A stretch of 62,308 bases of DNA from Catajapyx aquilonaris (Eukaryota), in the NCBI GenBank assembly GCA_000934665.2, contig KZ538894.1:1-62308 (forward strand), written 5' to 3'. Numbering within the stretch: the first letter of the stretch is position 1; each line of letters starts with the position of its first letter. The position numbers and the translations under genes were made by a program. Under the pieces are notes generated by a model that worked only from the letters and a program-made list of their open reading frames with translations, did no database searches and was not told the origin of the DNA. Of the stretch, positions 50,859-62,308 are shown in pieces.

Positions 50859-50908
50859 TGTCCCTGTAGTACCATATCCCTCACATAGATGACTCACCCC
50901 GGACAAAA
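50859..50908 (+). mobile_element. Dispersed CTCF/AP-1-motif repeat family copy (microhomology-collapsed)
   Basis: ctgtccctgtagtaccatatccctcacatagatgactcaccccggacaaa; modules fused at GATG. Confidence 0.8.
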
Positions 50909-51593
50909 ATGGTCACAGACTTGAGCATATACGAAAAGTGGGGGTAACGTGTTCACCATAACGTCTACGTCGTTCACTCTTTTATAGCCTGAATCTTCCT
51001 GACTGTCCCCAAATCCTTCTACAGTTGTACCAGTTTTTACCTCCCATGTTTTACGGTTGGAGATAAGACACTTTTTATAATCCCTCGCGGACGAAAAGTT
51101 TGGGAAGGAATGAGCGTAAATAATAATAAAAGTTGTGGCTTTTTTTTATTATTGCAGGTAGGCTGCAAAAGTGAAGTGGACACGAGTGTTCCACTCACGG
51201 TACGCTTTTTTTTACTAGTGTCCACTGCCAGACTGTTCTTTCGCAAAAAAAAATGCAAAAAGAGAAAAAAAATGCAGAGAGAGCGGTTGGTCATGGATGG
51301 CACAAATCGAGTATAATTTACCGTGTCCATCCATTACTGTCGGTCGGGACAGCATAAAAGTAGCATTTACGGCCTGTAAAACCTGCATCAGATAAGGGAA
51401 GGGAATCGGGACGGGAATTCCCCGACTGAGCGCCTGTCCAGAAACCAGGGATATAAAATGTGTGGAATAAAAAAAAAATGTTGGAAAATGTAACATTTCG
51501 AAGGTTTTCTGGAGAAAAAGGGGGGCAAGAATCACATACTTCTGAATATTAGGTTTTGATAGGTTAGATGAAATCAGTCTATACATATGTATA

Positions 51594-51918
51594 CAGGGTG
51601 TTTCAACTTTTTTGTCCGAACAGTTATCGGAAAATTGCACGTAGCTGCTACTTTGTAAGCAGTGACTTGCAACCAGTGATTTGTCGGAGGAATGGGGAAA
51701 GAGAGGGTCACACATCCCGTGGCATGTGTGACCCTCTTTTTTTCAGGCTTGACCCTCCATTTTCAGAGGGCAGCACGTATGCCACGTCAACCTACGATTC
51801 GCTGGGAATATTCCCCGTTCCTCCGAAAAATCACCGTTTGCAAGTCACTGCTTACAAAGTAGCAGCGATACATGCAATTTTCCGATAACTTTTCGGACAA
51901 AAAAGTTGAAACACCCTG
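51594..51918. mobile_element. Tc1/mariner-type MITE, family B
   Basis: CAGGGTGTTTCAACTTTTTTGTCCGAA TIRs extending about 105 bp, TA TSD, internal hairpin agagggtcacacat...atgtgtgaccctct. Confidence 0.9.
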
Positions 51919-52004
51919 TATGTTTTTAACGAACGCAAGGCAGCTCGTGATGAGTGCACGGTTGGAGCTCTGCACTGGACTTATTTCCAACCCTATGCTG
52001 TGGG

Positions 52005-52040
52005 GTCATCTATGTGAAGAATATGGTACTACGTGGACAG
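52005..52040 (-). mobile_element. Dispersed CTCF/AP-1-motif repeat family copy
   Basis: Reverse complement ctgtccacgtagtaccatattcttcacatagatgac. Confidence 0.7.
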
Positions 52041-53606
52041 TTTCGCCCAGTTTTGGCAATGGGTTCACTAGTAGGTAATAATGTCAAGGGTATGTGATAT
52101 ACCTGCAGTGCAGTGTCGAATATTGAAATGCGCCAAATTGCGATGCAGCGTAAATAAGTGCGTAAACAGCCATTTAATTGGCGGATGTGCAAATAGGGAA
52201 ATTGCTGGAAGCAGGATGCCAACAGTAGTAGACTCCACAGGGCTTGGTGACTATGGCATAGGTCCTTCGACCCCCTGACTAAAACCCAGGGGTTGCCAGC
52301 CGAAGAGGGTCCATCAGAACAATTGCAAATAAAGGTTGGGCTCACCGCGGTGCTGGGCTGTGTTCCGGAACATGAGCCTCCGTCAAAGCGACAAATGGCG
52401 TCCCCCCCCCCCTCGCCTGCTAAATGGACGGAGCATTAGGCTAAAAACAAGCCCGGCCACAAAACCTATTTATCTTTTCCCAACGGCCCAGCTCTGGCGC
52501 TGCGATCGGGGACGCTTGTTTTCATCCTAACTCTGTGAAGCGCCATCTACCGGGCTTCCCTCCCAAACAAAAAAAAAGCAGAAGTGTTACCAGACTCATA
52601 AATATCCGTCGACAGTGTTGCCAGATTCATAACGGCCGTCAACAGTGTTGCCAACGGAAAGGTTTTTTTCTGTTGGCACCCTTTAGCCCACCACCTGGTA
52701 TACTCGAATCAGGCTAAGCAGGGTCCCAGCGCTACAGTTATCGTGACTATTTGTTCAAGCAGAACCAGAGGCCATAAATAGGATTGGGGGGCTTAGTGTG
52801 GGGTACAAATGGCACTTGGGACGAGCGGGGGAGGGGGGGGGGTCGATTAGTGTCGTTTTAACGTCTTGGAGAAGGACCTCTGATGCTGGGTCATCAACAA
52901 TGTTCTACTTCAACTGCTGGATTTCTACTTGACCGAGTGGCCACGCCTTCCTGGCCGACCAATGAGCACTCAGAGGATGAGGACATGACTGAACTGAAGG
53001 GGCGGCTGATTACTTCTCGGGGATTAGTTTGAGGGCGGTGTCTGATTTGTCCGGAGACCGGAGATTGCAACCCTGCGAGTCAGACGCGAGTTGGCAATAG
53101 TGACGGCACCAGTTGGACCGCACTAGTCCATCCTAAATCATCGTTGTTCCTGGTCTAACTTCTCTTATTATGGCCCGTTGCATGATCGATGCTAAAATCT
53201 GAACAACACACTAATTGACTCCGTGCAGGATTAATTAGTTGTTCTGGGTCTACCATTGACAAAGCAAACGGAAGTTACCCAACACTAGTCTAGGACTACG
53301 GAGGTTTAACATGGCTTTATAAAATAAAAATTAACTCTTTAAAGACCGAGCTATAGTCGTGGCGGACGAAAACTTAAACAGCGGTAGTTCGTAAAAATTA
53401 AATCGACGAATTTAATATTGTAAAATAATTTTAAATACTTACACATACAAATGATAATATTGTTATAAATAAATAAATAATACAACACATATAATAAAAT
53501 GAATAAACAATACGCGTAATGACATGAAATGAAAACATTAAGTTAAATAAATAATAAAATAAATGAAGGCAGAAATGGTGTAATGGAATTATGTCAAATA
53601 ATATAA

Positions 53607-53798
53607 CGGAAAGGAAAGGAAGGAGGCGGCTGCGGCCTATTAGTTTAGGAAACAACTCTGGAATTCTCCTGGAGGAACCGTGGGAAACCACAGAAAACCA
53701 CGGTTGGAGTTGCCGGCACCGGGATTCGAACTCAGGACCACCCGATTAGCAGTCGGATACCATATCCCCTCCGCCACCAGCCCACCACTGCTTCGGTA
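53607..53798 (-). mobile_element. tRNA-derived SINE, family 2
   Basis: Minus strand: tRNA-like head with anticodon arm ccga-ctgctaa-tcgg and B-box GAGTTCGAATCCC, body gtggttttctgtggtttccc...taggccgcagccgcctccttcc resembling widespread arthropod SINE bodies; TSD aaataatataa at 53596-53606 / 53799-53809. Confidence 0.8.
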
Positions 53799-53802
53799 AA
53801 AT

Positions 53803-53982
53803 AATATAATATAACAGAATAAATAATATCACAATATAATATATAACGGAATAAATAACATCACAATATAATATATAACGGAATAAATAATATCACAATA
53901 TAATATATAACGGAATAAATAATATCACAATATAATATATAACGGAATAAATAATATCACAATATAATATTACAGAATAAAT
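53803..53982. repeat. 32-bp AT-rich tandem repeat, about 5.5 copies
   Basis: Unit aatataatatataacggaataaataatatcac. Confidence 0.93.
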
Positions 53983-55934
53983 GTCTTACTAATAATATAC
54001 ATCACAAATTGCTTTTTGTTATTAAACTAAAGCCAAATTATATTATTAAAATTTAAAGTGCGATTTATATCCAACCCGTCGCTCTAAATATTTTTTAACA
54101 AAATCGTGCCTCATTTTTTTTCTCTGTCCCTGGAGACCTGCACTATTCTTCTTCTTTTTCCCCTCGTTATTTACAGACTTATTTACAGTGCTCCCGGTAA
54201 AGACTGGAGCCAGCCAGGGAGTAATGCTGAGCAAGTAAAGGGACGAGGTCAATCCATCAATTTGCCGCCATGTTTTTGGATATTAGATTCATTCCTAGCT
54301 GGCTCGACTCTTTGCTTCTCAGGCCCTCTTCCCCCCTCAAGAGGATAGTCAGCAGGGAAGGAAAAAAAAAGAAAAGTTGCAAGAAAAAGGAGAGGAAAAG
54401 AGGGAGTTAAGTTAGGTTTTTTCCCTCCTCCTCCTCCTCCTTCCCCTCCTCCTCCTTTTTCTCTGTGTAAGGCGCATGATTAATGGCCGTCCAGACAAAG
54501 GTTGTGGATGCGAGCAAACAATCCTCCCTGGGGAAAAACTGCTCACGCTCAAATCAATAACACATTTTCCTGCTCTCCAGAGAGAAAGAGGTATGTGCAC
54601 TGCTCTGCACATGCACGTCAACACTCGACACAATCCAGATATATGTATGTGTGATGTGGAGGCATCCAATATAATATGATACATCGCTTTTGAGAGAAAG
54701 GAAAAGGGCGATTTATTGCAAGATGTACTTCTGCTTCGTGCACAACACAAGTCAGAAGTCCTGGAAGGGTAGAATTATTTTCGATTGTTTCCTCCATATT
54801 AATTATATTCTTGTCATCTATTTTATTATATTATATTTAACCTTTAGTACGCTATATAGATTTGCGAATTTATTTTATTACGATCTTTGTATTTATTGGA
54901 TTCTTATCTTATCTTTATTTACTTTATTTCGTTTTTATTATATGATACGTTTGGTAAGTGATTTATTATATATTTATATTTTTGTATTTATTTCGATATT
55001 TCAATTTTATTTCATTTAAATTGGTATTATATTACATTTGTTACATTTTTGCATTTTATGTACGCGTATTAAAATTATGCATTATATTTCATTCGTTTAA
55101 ATATTTATACTATATTGATTTTGTATCATGCTGTATTTCATTTTAAAATAGCTGGTATTAATAAATAAGCCATTATTTTATTTAAACGGCGGGTATTAAT
55201 TAATGTCATTACAATTATCTAATTTAAATGAGCAAATGTAATTATTAGAGTACCTTGCAATAAATTGAACGCCATGTTTAATTTCAATGAAAATTAATTT
55301 AAAAACTAAGCAGTGACAGGTGCTGCTTCGTTTAAATCCCTTCGACCTCTAAACCGGTTAGCCCTATAGAGGAAACTATATCTGCTATTTTTGTCATGCT
55401 GCTGCTGTATGCACACTCTGCCTTTGCTTTACCAGAAAGGTGAAAAAGTTAAAAGGGGGATGGAGAGAGGAGTGATCCAATAAGCATGTCCCGAATGTGT
55501 GTGTTGTCCGTAGCAGGCTTTTTTAATTGGCCCCGAAGGTGTGGCAGGGATTGGTCACGTTTTCAATACCAGCAGATGAAGCCCTGCCCTGGAGGAGCTT
55601 CACTCTCTCTCTCTTTTTTCCGGACACCAGCCAAACCAACCAACCAAGCAACCAACCAAACCACTCTCTTTTCTGCAAGCCTGCTCTTCTGCACCAAACC
55701 ACATCGATTTGGCCTCTTCTTCTTTTTTGATGCTCCAAAAAAAGAAGTAGAATAAAAGGGGGGGGGGGGGAGGGGGCAGGCAGACCTGGCAGGCAGCACA
55801 ACTCTTCTTCTTCTCTTTCCCATGGATGTCACTCTCTCCTAACACTCATTTCTCAGACCCCCATGACTTTTTTTTCCTACCCATCTCGACCATTCCAGTC
55901 TCTCTAGTGTATAGAGGACAAGTACATCTTTCCT

Positions 55935-56010
55935 CTCTGCATACTACGCCACTCTCAGGGTCCTCCCTGGGGTAGTGGTACTACACATAGCTGATGAATC
56001 ACACTGGCTA
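55935..56010 (+). mobile_element. Dispersed CTCF/AP-1-motif repeat family copy (middle and 3' module)
   Basis: tctgcatactacgccactctcagggtc...gtagtggtactacacatagctgatgaatcac. Confidence 0.7.
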
Positions 56011-58596
56011 GAGTCACGTCGAGCCAGTTCTATGTACCATATGATGATAGGCTATACTTACTAGTAAGCAGCTTTCTATAGTAGTTAAAATGTTAGTAAT
56101 ATTAGCTTCGACCTCAACATGTAGTTTTGTAGTTTTGTTATCAATAATAAATCATCGTTTCTATTTTTATAACTAAACGAATTGTAGTCACGTTTTAAAA
56201 ATGACGTGTCGCATTTGCATGTAAATTTACCTAATTTCAGCCAAAATTATTTTAAAGCGCAGGAATCGGTGACGTTGTAGTTTAGCCTAATGCTGCTTGG
56301 AAATCATGCTCGATTATTATGTTATTAATATATTTTCCGCACGCTGTACAGATATGCATTATTTTAATAATGATTACGATGATGACAACGCCGCTAATTA
56401 ACACCGCATTTACATTGACGTATTAGGATATACCGACATTTTTAATCAGCCAAAAATCGGCTTGTTAGCAGTAATGAACAATTGCAGAGTGTACAAATTA
56501 TTACATCCCCCCTCCCCCCCCGCAATGGGAAGCGACCCTTTAAAATACACTGCGCACATTAATATAATCATTGAGCCACATATACAGTGTCACTTGCGCT
56601 TGTAGAAAAAAAGGGAGTGCACATTGTTTAATTGAAGGGGTTTTTAAATAATTAGTGTCCACTTAGAAAACGGCCGGTTGAATTCATTGTTGGCTGTCAG
56701 ACCAATATTCGGAAGCGTCAATGGCAGGAGGACAGCAATATGTGACGTGCATTTTTCGCGTCATATTTTTTTTAAAAAAACACATTTGTTCTGAATGCTC
56801 GACAAATGCAATAATAATATAATAATAGTACCAGCGGGGAATCAATAAACTCTGGCCAACATAATGGCAGCCAATGACATTTTCAGCATTAAAATTTGAG
56901 CCCCAGCATCAGCCAATGGAAAGCCTGACATTTAAAACTGTTTACATCGAATTGATGCGTTACCATCCGAGCAACAGAGTTTAAAGAATCGATCAAAACA
57001 CATCTCATGCGGGCAAAATTATTGCAATTGACAAATTTAATTAATACTGATGTCACCCGTACATTTTATTTAACGTTCATTACACTCTGCAATGATACTT
57101 CAGTTTAAAATAACCCAATATGAACGAAATTGCAGCTCAAAATTACTTTGACTAATAACTCATTAATTAACGACACTATTTATATTTATTTTATTTTATT
57201 TGTTAAATTCATGAAACGCATTTATATTTGATCAATTTTAAATTTATTGTATTATATTTTATTTGTATGTTCATTTATTAATATTTATTCATTTTCTTTA
57301 TTTCACGAATTGATTTATGTACATATTTACCTATATTTATTTCTCGTATTAATTAATTTACGTACCTATTTACCTATTTATATCACGTATTCATTCATTT
57401 TTATTTATTTTACGTACGTGTATTCATTAATTTTATTTATTTTACGTACTTGTATTCATACATTTTATTTATTTTACGTACTTGTATTAATTAATTACGT
57501 ATTAATTAATTTTACTTATCTGAAGTAATCATTCGTTTACTTATTTTACATATTAATACATTAATTTAAAAAAATATTTTTGTTAAATTTAATGAGCGGT
57601 TAAAATTTTTGGGCACTAAGCGGCTTATTTTAAGCAGCTACTTCATAATAGCTACATTTGATGTCATCAAACGTAGGCATAATCTGCACAAGTGATCCCA
57701 ATTAATTGCTGAAGTTGGGGCCATTACCAATCGGATATTACATGCAATAATGTAATAAGTGATTCAATTCGACATATTAGCTGTTAGTACTTTTGATAGC
57801 TGCTAAAAGTAACTTTGAGAAAAATAACCGATAAAAATAAGCAGCTCAGTCGGATTTTTAAATATTATTATTATTTTTTCTTTATAGTTGGAGCACTTTT
57901 GTGGAGGGAATTCCAGGTTGCTAGGGTGGGTTGCTAGAGGTGCGGTTTCGAACCCTTTTCCAAAAGCCTTGTTGAGGTGAGCATTGACCGACCGTCAACG
58001 GTTGCAATGGAGTGAAGTTGAAGCCCTCTCTAATTCGAGTTGAGTAATTGCCCTGCCCTCATCCGTCAGCGGAGTTAATTACGGGCAATCTGGGGAATCT
58101 TTTGTTATCAGCCCCAGAGCGGAAAGGTAACAATGCAATCATTAGCAGTAGAGGGAGGTCTGTTATCTTGTCAGTCTCAGTTGACTCCCTCCATAAGTCT
58201 CTCAAAGTCAAGGCGGAGGAAGCATGCTTCATCCGGACAGGCTCAGACCGCACGCCAATCACAAGAGACTTCCCTCGGGGGGGAAGAGGTGGCAACACTG
58301 CGCGTTTCTCTCTTACGTGTGGGCCAAGAAATGTTTCGGACACTATGTGACCAATCAGAAGCAACAGTGGACACTGGATTGGCTGGTTTGGATCACGTGA
58401 TCGTTACTGGCGAATAATGAAGAACAGCTACTTAATGAAATAAGCAGCTATAACTATACACACATTAGCCGTTAGTTAGAGCAGTTAACTAAATGTTAAA
58501 GCTTTAAGTAATAGCTGTTAAGTCTGTTCATTTCCTACGGTTTCAGCTGCTGTTGAAGCAGCACTTTGTCCAATCACTGTCGACCAACAGGATGAG

Positions 58597-58631
58597 TCTT
58601 ACCTGTGAAGAAAGAAAAAAGCAACTATAAG
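58597..58631 (-). other. Candidate recursive splice site (3'ss immediately followed by 5'ss)
   Basis: Minus strand cttatagttgcttttttctttcttcacag|GTAAGA; junction 58603/58602. Confidence 0.5.
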
Positions 58632-58772
58632 TACAACAACATCAACAACAACAACAGAGCTTTGTTAGTTACCGGGAATAACAACTAACAGTTACGCTAA
58701 ATTAGCTGCTTTTAGAAGCAGCTAATTTTTATCATCTACAAAAGTTGCATATTATCGCAGCTGTAAGTGAAT

Positions 58773-59036
58773 TTTTATGAGCTCAACCGAGTGCGCACCG
58801 CAGTCCGCGCAGCTGGACTATAGCTGGTAAGCTCTCTATTTAGTGGGTGTACTGATTGTATGAAAAGCACTGCCAGTATTTCCAACGCTACGCTTTAGGG
58901 GGAAACAATATGGCCGACGTTTGCGACGTTGCAAAGTCTCGTGAAGGAATAACCTATAAGAGGCCCATGGGGGAGTAACTCTGGCAACTTTGTCAGAACG
59001 ATGGGGCTGCGCGAGTGTGGGTTCGCACTCGTAAAA
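58773..59036 (+). mobile_element. Non-autonomous element with subterminal inverted repeats (possibly Crypton-like), copy 2
   Basis: cgagtgcgcaccgcagtccgcgcagc / gctgcgcgagtgtgggttcgcactcg inverted pair; T-run and A-run flanks; homologous to 45443-45893. Confidence 0.65.
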
Positions 59037-59092
59037 TAAATAATATACGGTATAGTTTTGCTTACTTTTGCGAGAGTTTACTAGATATTCAG

Positions 59093-59220
59093 GGCCGGTT
59101 TCCCCGAGCTCAGTACATGATAAAACCAGGGTTCTTTCGGAAAATACCTACATAATTATTTGTATGGATTTTCCTAAAGAAACCTGGTTTTACCATATAC
59201 CGGGCTCGGTGAAACTGGCC
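59093..59220. mobile_element. Palindromic MITE (PIF/Harbinger-like ends)
   Basis: GGCCGGTTTCCCCGAGCTC / GGGCTCGGTGAAACTGGCC; imperfectly palindromic throughout (taaaaccagg / cctggtttta). Confidence 0.7.
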
Positions 59221-59812
59221 TAAGAGACAGGGATTAGGTTTAAACCTTACTAACCAGGGGTTTAGCGTGGACTAAATCGTGACGTCGCTCAGTGTATCCA
59301 AGAGCGCCAACCGTTGTTTCGCCCAAATTTTAACGAACCATTAAGAGCTAACGACAGTTTGGGACATGTCAACAGCATGAGTTAACGGTCAGTTAACTGT
59401 AGTTGTTCCGGGTTGCAGTTTTTCACCCCATAAAGAGCCGGGGATAACGAATATTTACTGGTCTGAAAGTTTTACAGTGGTGGAAAAAGCAGAGATCTTG
59501 TCCCATTATCGCTTGATGATCATCCAATAATGGGTGGGTTTGACGATGTTTGACCCCCTGTAAACACCCGTTTTAGTGCCCCCGAAGTAAAACTTTGAAA
59601 ACGGCCCTTGCAGGAGGAAGCTCCTCCATTTTGTGTCTGGTCCCAAAGTTGCTCCAAAATGACTTTTTGATCCACATCGGTTTGAAGGAAAGAGCTAATC
59701 AAAAAGCTGTTATTTGTTGGCTAAACTGATAATCAAACCCTCCTCAGGTACTTGGTAAGTAAAGAGAGAGAGAGAAAAAAACATTGCGTAAACATGTTGG
59801 CAGCTTATCTGA

Positions 59813-60007
59813 ATGCAACCCACTCCGGACAACCTAAAGCGATAATCCTGAGTGCGATAAAAAGCTCGAAAAGATTTTTCCTAACAGTCATAGTCGCGCT
59901 TACATAAGTGCAACCCACTCCGGACAACCTAATGCGATAACTTGAGGGCGATAATAGGCTCTGAATAATGCTTCTTATCGCACTGAGTTGTCCGTAGTGG
60001 GTGGCAT
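59813..60007. mobile_element. TIR MITE (PIF/Harbinger-like), TGA 3-bp TSD
   Basis: ATGCAACCCACTCCGGACAAC / GTTGTCCGTAGTGGGTGGCAT (19/21), TGA on both sides, internal second left-end copy near 59910. Confidence 0.65.
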
Positions 60008-60505
60008 TGAGATAAGGCGTTTGGTGGGAGATGCCTTTTAACATGTATCATAGAAGTAGGAGATAGAATTGAGTTGGTGGTTTGGAGTGTTGTGGTTTGG
60101 ACCTATCTGTTGGGACCTCTGTTTGAAGCGGGCCTCACACAACAGCAAATGTATTGGTTGGGGTTTTGAAGGGAGGGGGAAGGGAGGGTGGCAGGCACGC
60201 AGACACACAGACACATTTTCCAAGCCTTTTACTGTTGCCAGTTGGGGAAATTGCTTTAGAGCTTTTCCGTCCCGTTTTCCAAAAGCCTGCTGTGTAAACC
60301 TGCAAATCGATCACCTCAATGCGAATTCCACCCCTTCCCCCCCTCCACTACCCCTCTACCTCCACCTCCCTCCCCCGCTTCTCTCTCTCTCTCTCCCTTT
60401 TTGGCCAGGCACGAAAATTGAAAACGTTGCGAAAATTGCGAACAGTCGATTGCTGGAAATCGCATTACTCCGTTCCACCATGACGAATGCATTCTCACGA
60501 GTTCC

Positions 60506-60609
<104 letters not shown>

Positions 60610-60625
60610 CACCGAGTAATATTAC

Positions 60626-61040
60626 GTTTGTTTGTTTGTTTGTTTCTTTGTCCGAGGAGTCATCGACGCAGCCAGGTCCACGTAGTACCATACCCCTCGC
60701 ATAGATGTGGCTAGAGAGGCTCGCCAACTTCTGACGTCACATCGTCTCTGATTGGTCGGAGTAATTATGGAATTTACGTGTCCTATGGAGGCCGACATCT
60801 TGCGCTGCCGGCTCTGACGTCACGGTCGACTGCGATTGGATACGGCCTGTAATTACTCCAGCCAATCGGCAATCACAGTCGATCTTGTGATATCAGAAAT
60901 TGGCGTCTCTCCTCCTGTCCCTCTCACCACATTCCTGCTACTCTCAGGATCGTGCGAAGAGTACTGGAACTACGTGTACGTGGCTCAGTGGCTGACTCAC
61001 CCAGGACAAACAGACAGACAGCCGATTAGTATAGTAGATT
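60626..61040. mobile_element. Longest copy of the CTCF/AP-1-motif repeat family, with a nested MITE
   Basis: Left (gttt)n-tgtcc..gagtcatc..ccacgtagtacca, right tggaactacgtg..tgactcacccaggacaaac-(agac)n-..tagtatagtagat; the right end read on the minus strand (a|tctactatactaa..ctgtctgtctgt) resembles non-autonomous Helitron 5' ends. Confidence 0.65.
60714..60911. mobile_element. Old MITE nested in the preceding element
   Basis: gagaggctcgccaacttctgacgtcaca / tgtgatatcagaaattggcgtctctc termini; gattggtcggagtaatta / taattactccagccaatc inner arms. Confidence 0.6.
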
Positions 61041-62032
61041 TTTCCAGCTATAGTTTTGCATTGTTATACCTGTGTTTATGACCTACCCTATATACACTAG
61101 TCCCTGTTCAAAAGGTGCAAATCAATGTGCAATTCGGGACGTGTGTGTCAGAGAGAGTGGAAACCAAACACGTGTCGCATGTTGCCAACCTTATAATTTG
61201 GCTAGGACCAATCCCATTTTAACCCTTACTCTGCAGAAATTCCAGTCTGGAATCCCCAACTCTGTTTTTATTGTTTCTTTTTCTATAGTGGAAAGTGCCA
61301 GTTGTGCTGAGGCCATAACACCATTGGTGGACGGAAAGGTGTTGCCTGGTGGAATGATCGCCACTGAATTTTCGCTCGCAAAAAAAAAACACCCCGCGCT
61401 TTTTATTGGCCAACTCTCCCTATACCCTTTATGGAGTTATGTTTCATCTACAAGCCTCTGAGCCCCCCCTTTTCCCTTCCATCTAGGATCATTTCAGGCC
61501 TGCAGATATATCGATTCTGTCTGAAGGTGCTGATAGCTCTCTACCCTCCAGCTTCCGCCATCAAAATATGGGGAGGTTGAGGGGGGGCAGAAAAAAGATA
61601 AAGGGAACGATTGGAGGGAATTGTAAGGCAAAAGGACTGATAAAAACATGATGGACACACTTTGATGTCTCGTCCCATTCTATTTCCAACCCTGATATAA
61701 AGGATGTCTGGCCCATAAGACTGGACACTGATGACTTACTGGCTGAGACTTCGTATGGGGATACTGTGAAGATGTCCAACATATAGGTTTTGGTTTGATA
61801 AGAACATAACCAAAGCAACAAATATGGCTAATCTGGCTATCCGAAGACACAAAGGTGTGAGAGATATGGTGAGAGAAACGAAAAGAAAACAAGAACGGGA
61901 AATAGCGTGATTCGAGTAGATTTTTTTCTCATTGGGGTGCGGGAAATGAGGCTGACAAACCCGATACGATGCGAATCTAATAGGATAACAATGACCTCGA
62001 TTGTGATGCAAAGTAACCATATTTAAACAGTA

Positions 62033-62230
62033 ACTCGATCTTGGCGGATATAGTGAACGCAGAAAACCGGAAGTCGCGGGTCACCGGAAGTTGGTGATGA
62101 AATCTATTTTGTTCACGGTGAATCCGAATCCGAAAACTGTTTGTCGCTATCTCTAGCGGTTTAGACCCTGATACATGTCCACAGACGGACGGACAGAGAC
62201 GTGCTAGAAGCCTTTTTTTCGACGAGAAAA
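62033..62230 (-). mobile_element. DINE-1/Helentron-like non-autonomous element fragment, copy 2
   Basis: Reverse complement aligns to 8271-8456, including the (GTCC)n core. Confidence 0.6.
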
Positions 62231-62308
62231 AGTCTAAAAGAAGAGAAGAAAGTATGGCTGTGCGATATGATACATCGACTAGCTGTCGATACGATATTTT
62301 CCTAATAT

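Noticed and set aside
51140..51163. Plus-strand AG|GT junctions (ttattattgcag|gtaggc; also 48065-48078)
   Set aside because: Weaker donor or pyrimidine tract than the minus-strand candidates; compatible with chance
54780..57600. Hydrophobic Tyr/Phe/Ile-rich ORFs (54690-55146, 57247-57528, 53431-53691)
   Set aside because: Products of very AT-rich low-complexity DNA

Overview
Non-coding, repeat-rich animal genomic DNA, probably an invertebrate and arthropod-like (inferred from the SINE/MITE/Helitron-type repeat content). There is one small assembly gap at 7365-7403. No intact protein-coding gene, rRNA, true tRNA gene or CRISPR array can be supported, and the ORF track is essentially noise. 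Unique GC-richer blocks alternate with AT-rich minisatellites. Recognisable elements: four copies of a tRNA-derived SINE with TSDs, one copy of a second SINE family, Tc1/mariner-type palindromic MITEs, several other TIR MITEs, DINE/Helitron-like elements and a CCHC zinc-knuckle coding remnant. Most notable observations: (1) three tandem copies of the tRNA-Lys(CUU) primer-binding site at 8683-8748, set between LTR-like termini; (2) a dispersed family of about 15 copies that repeatedly retains a CTCF-like site with a correctly spaced upstream motif plus an AP-1-like module; (3) two minus-strand recursive-splice-site-like junctions (38787/38788 and 58602/58603), suggesting the window lies inside a very long intron; (4) template-switching signatures in the satellite arrays. 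All calls come from reading the sequence by eye; no searches were run.
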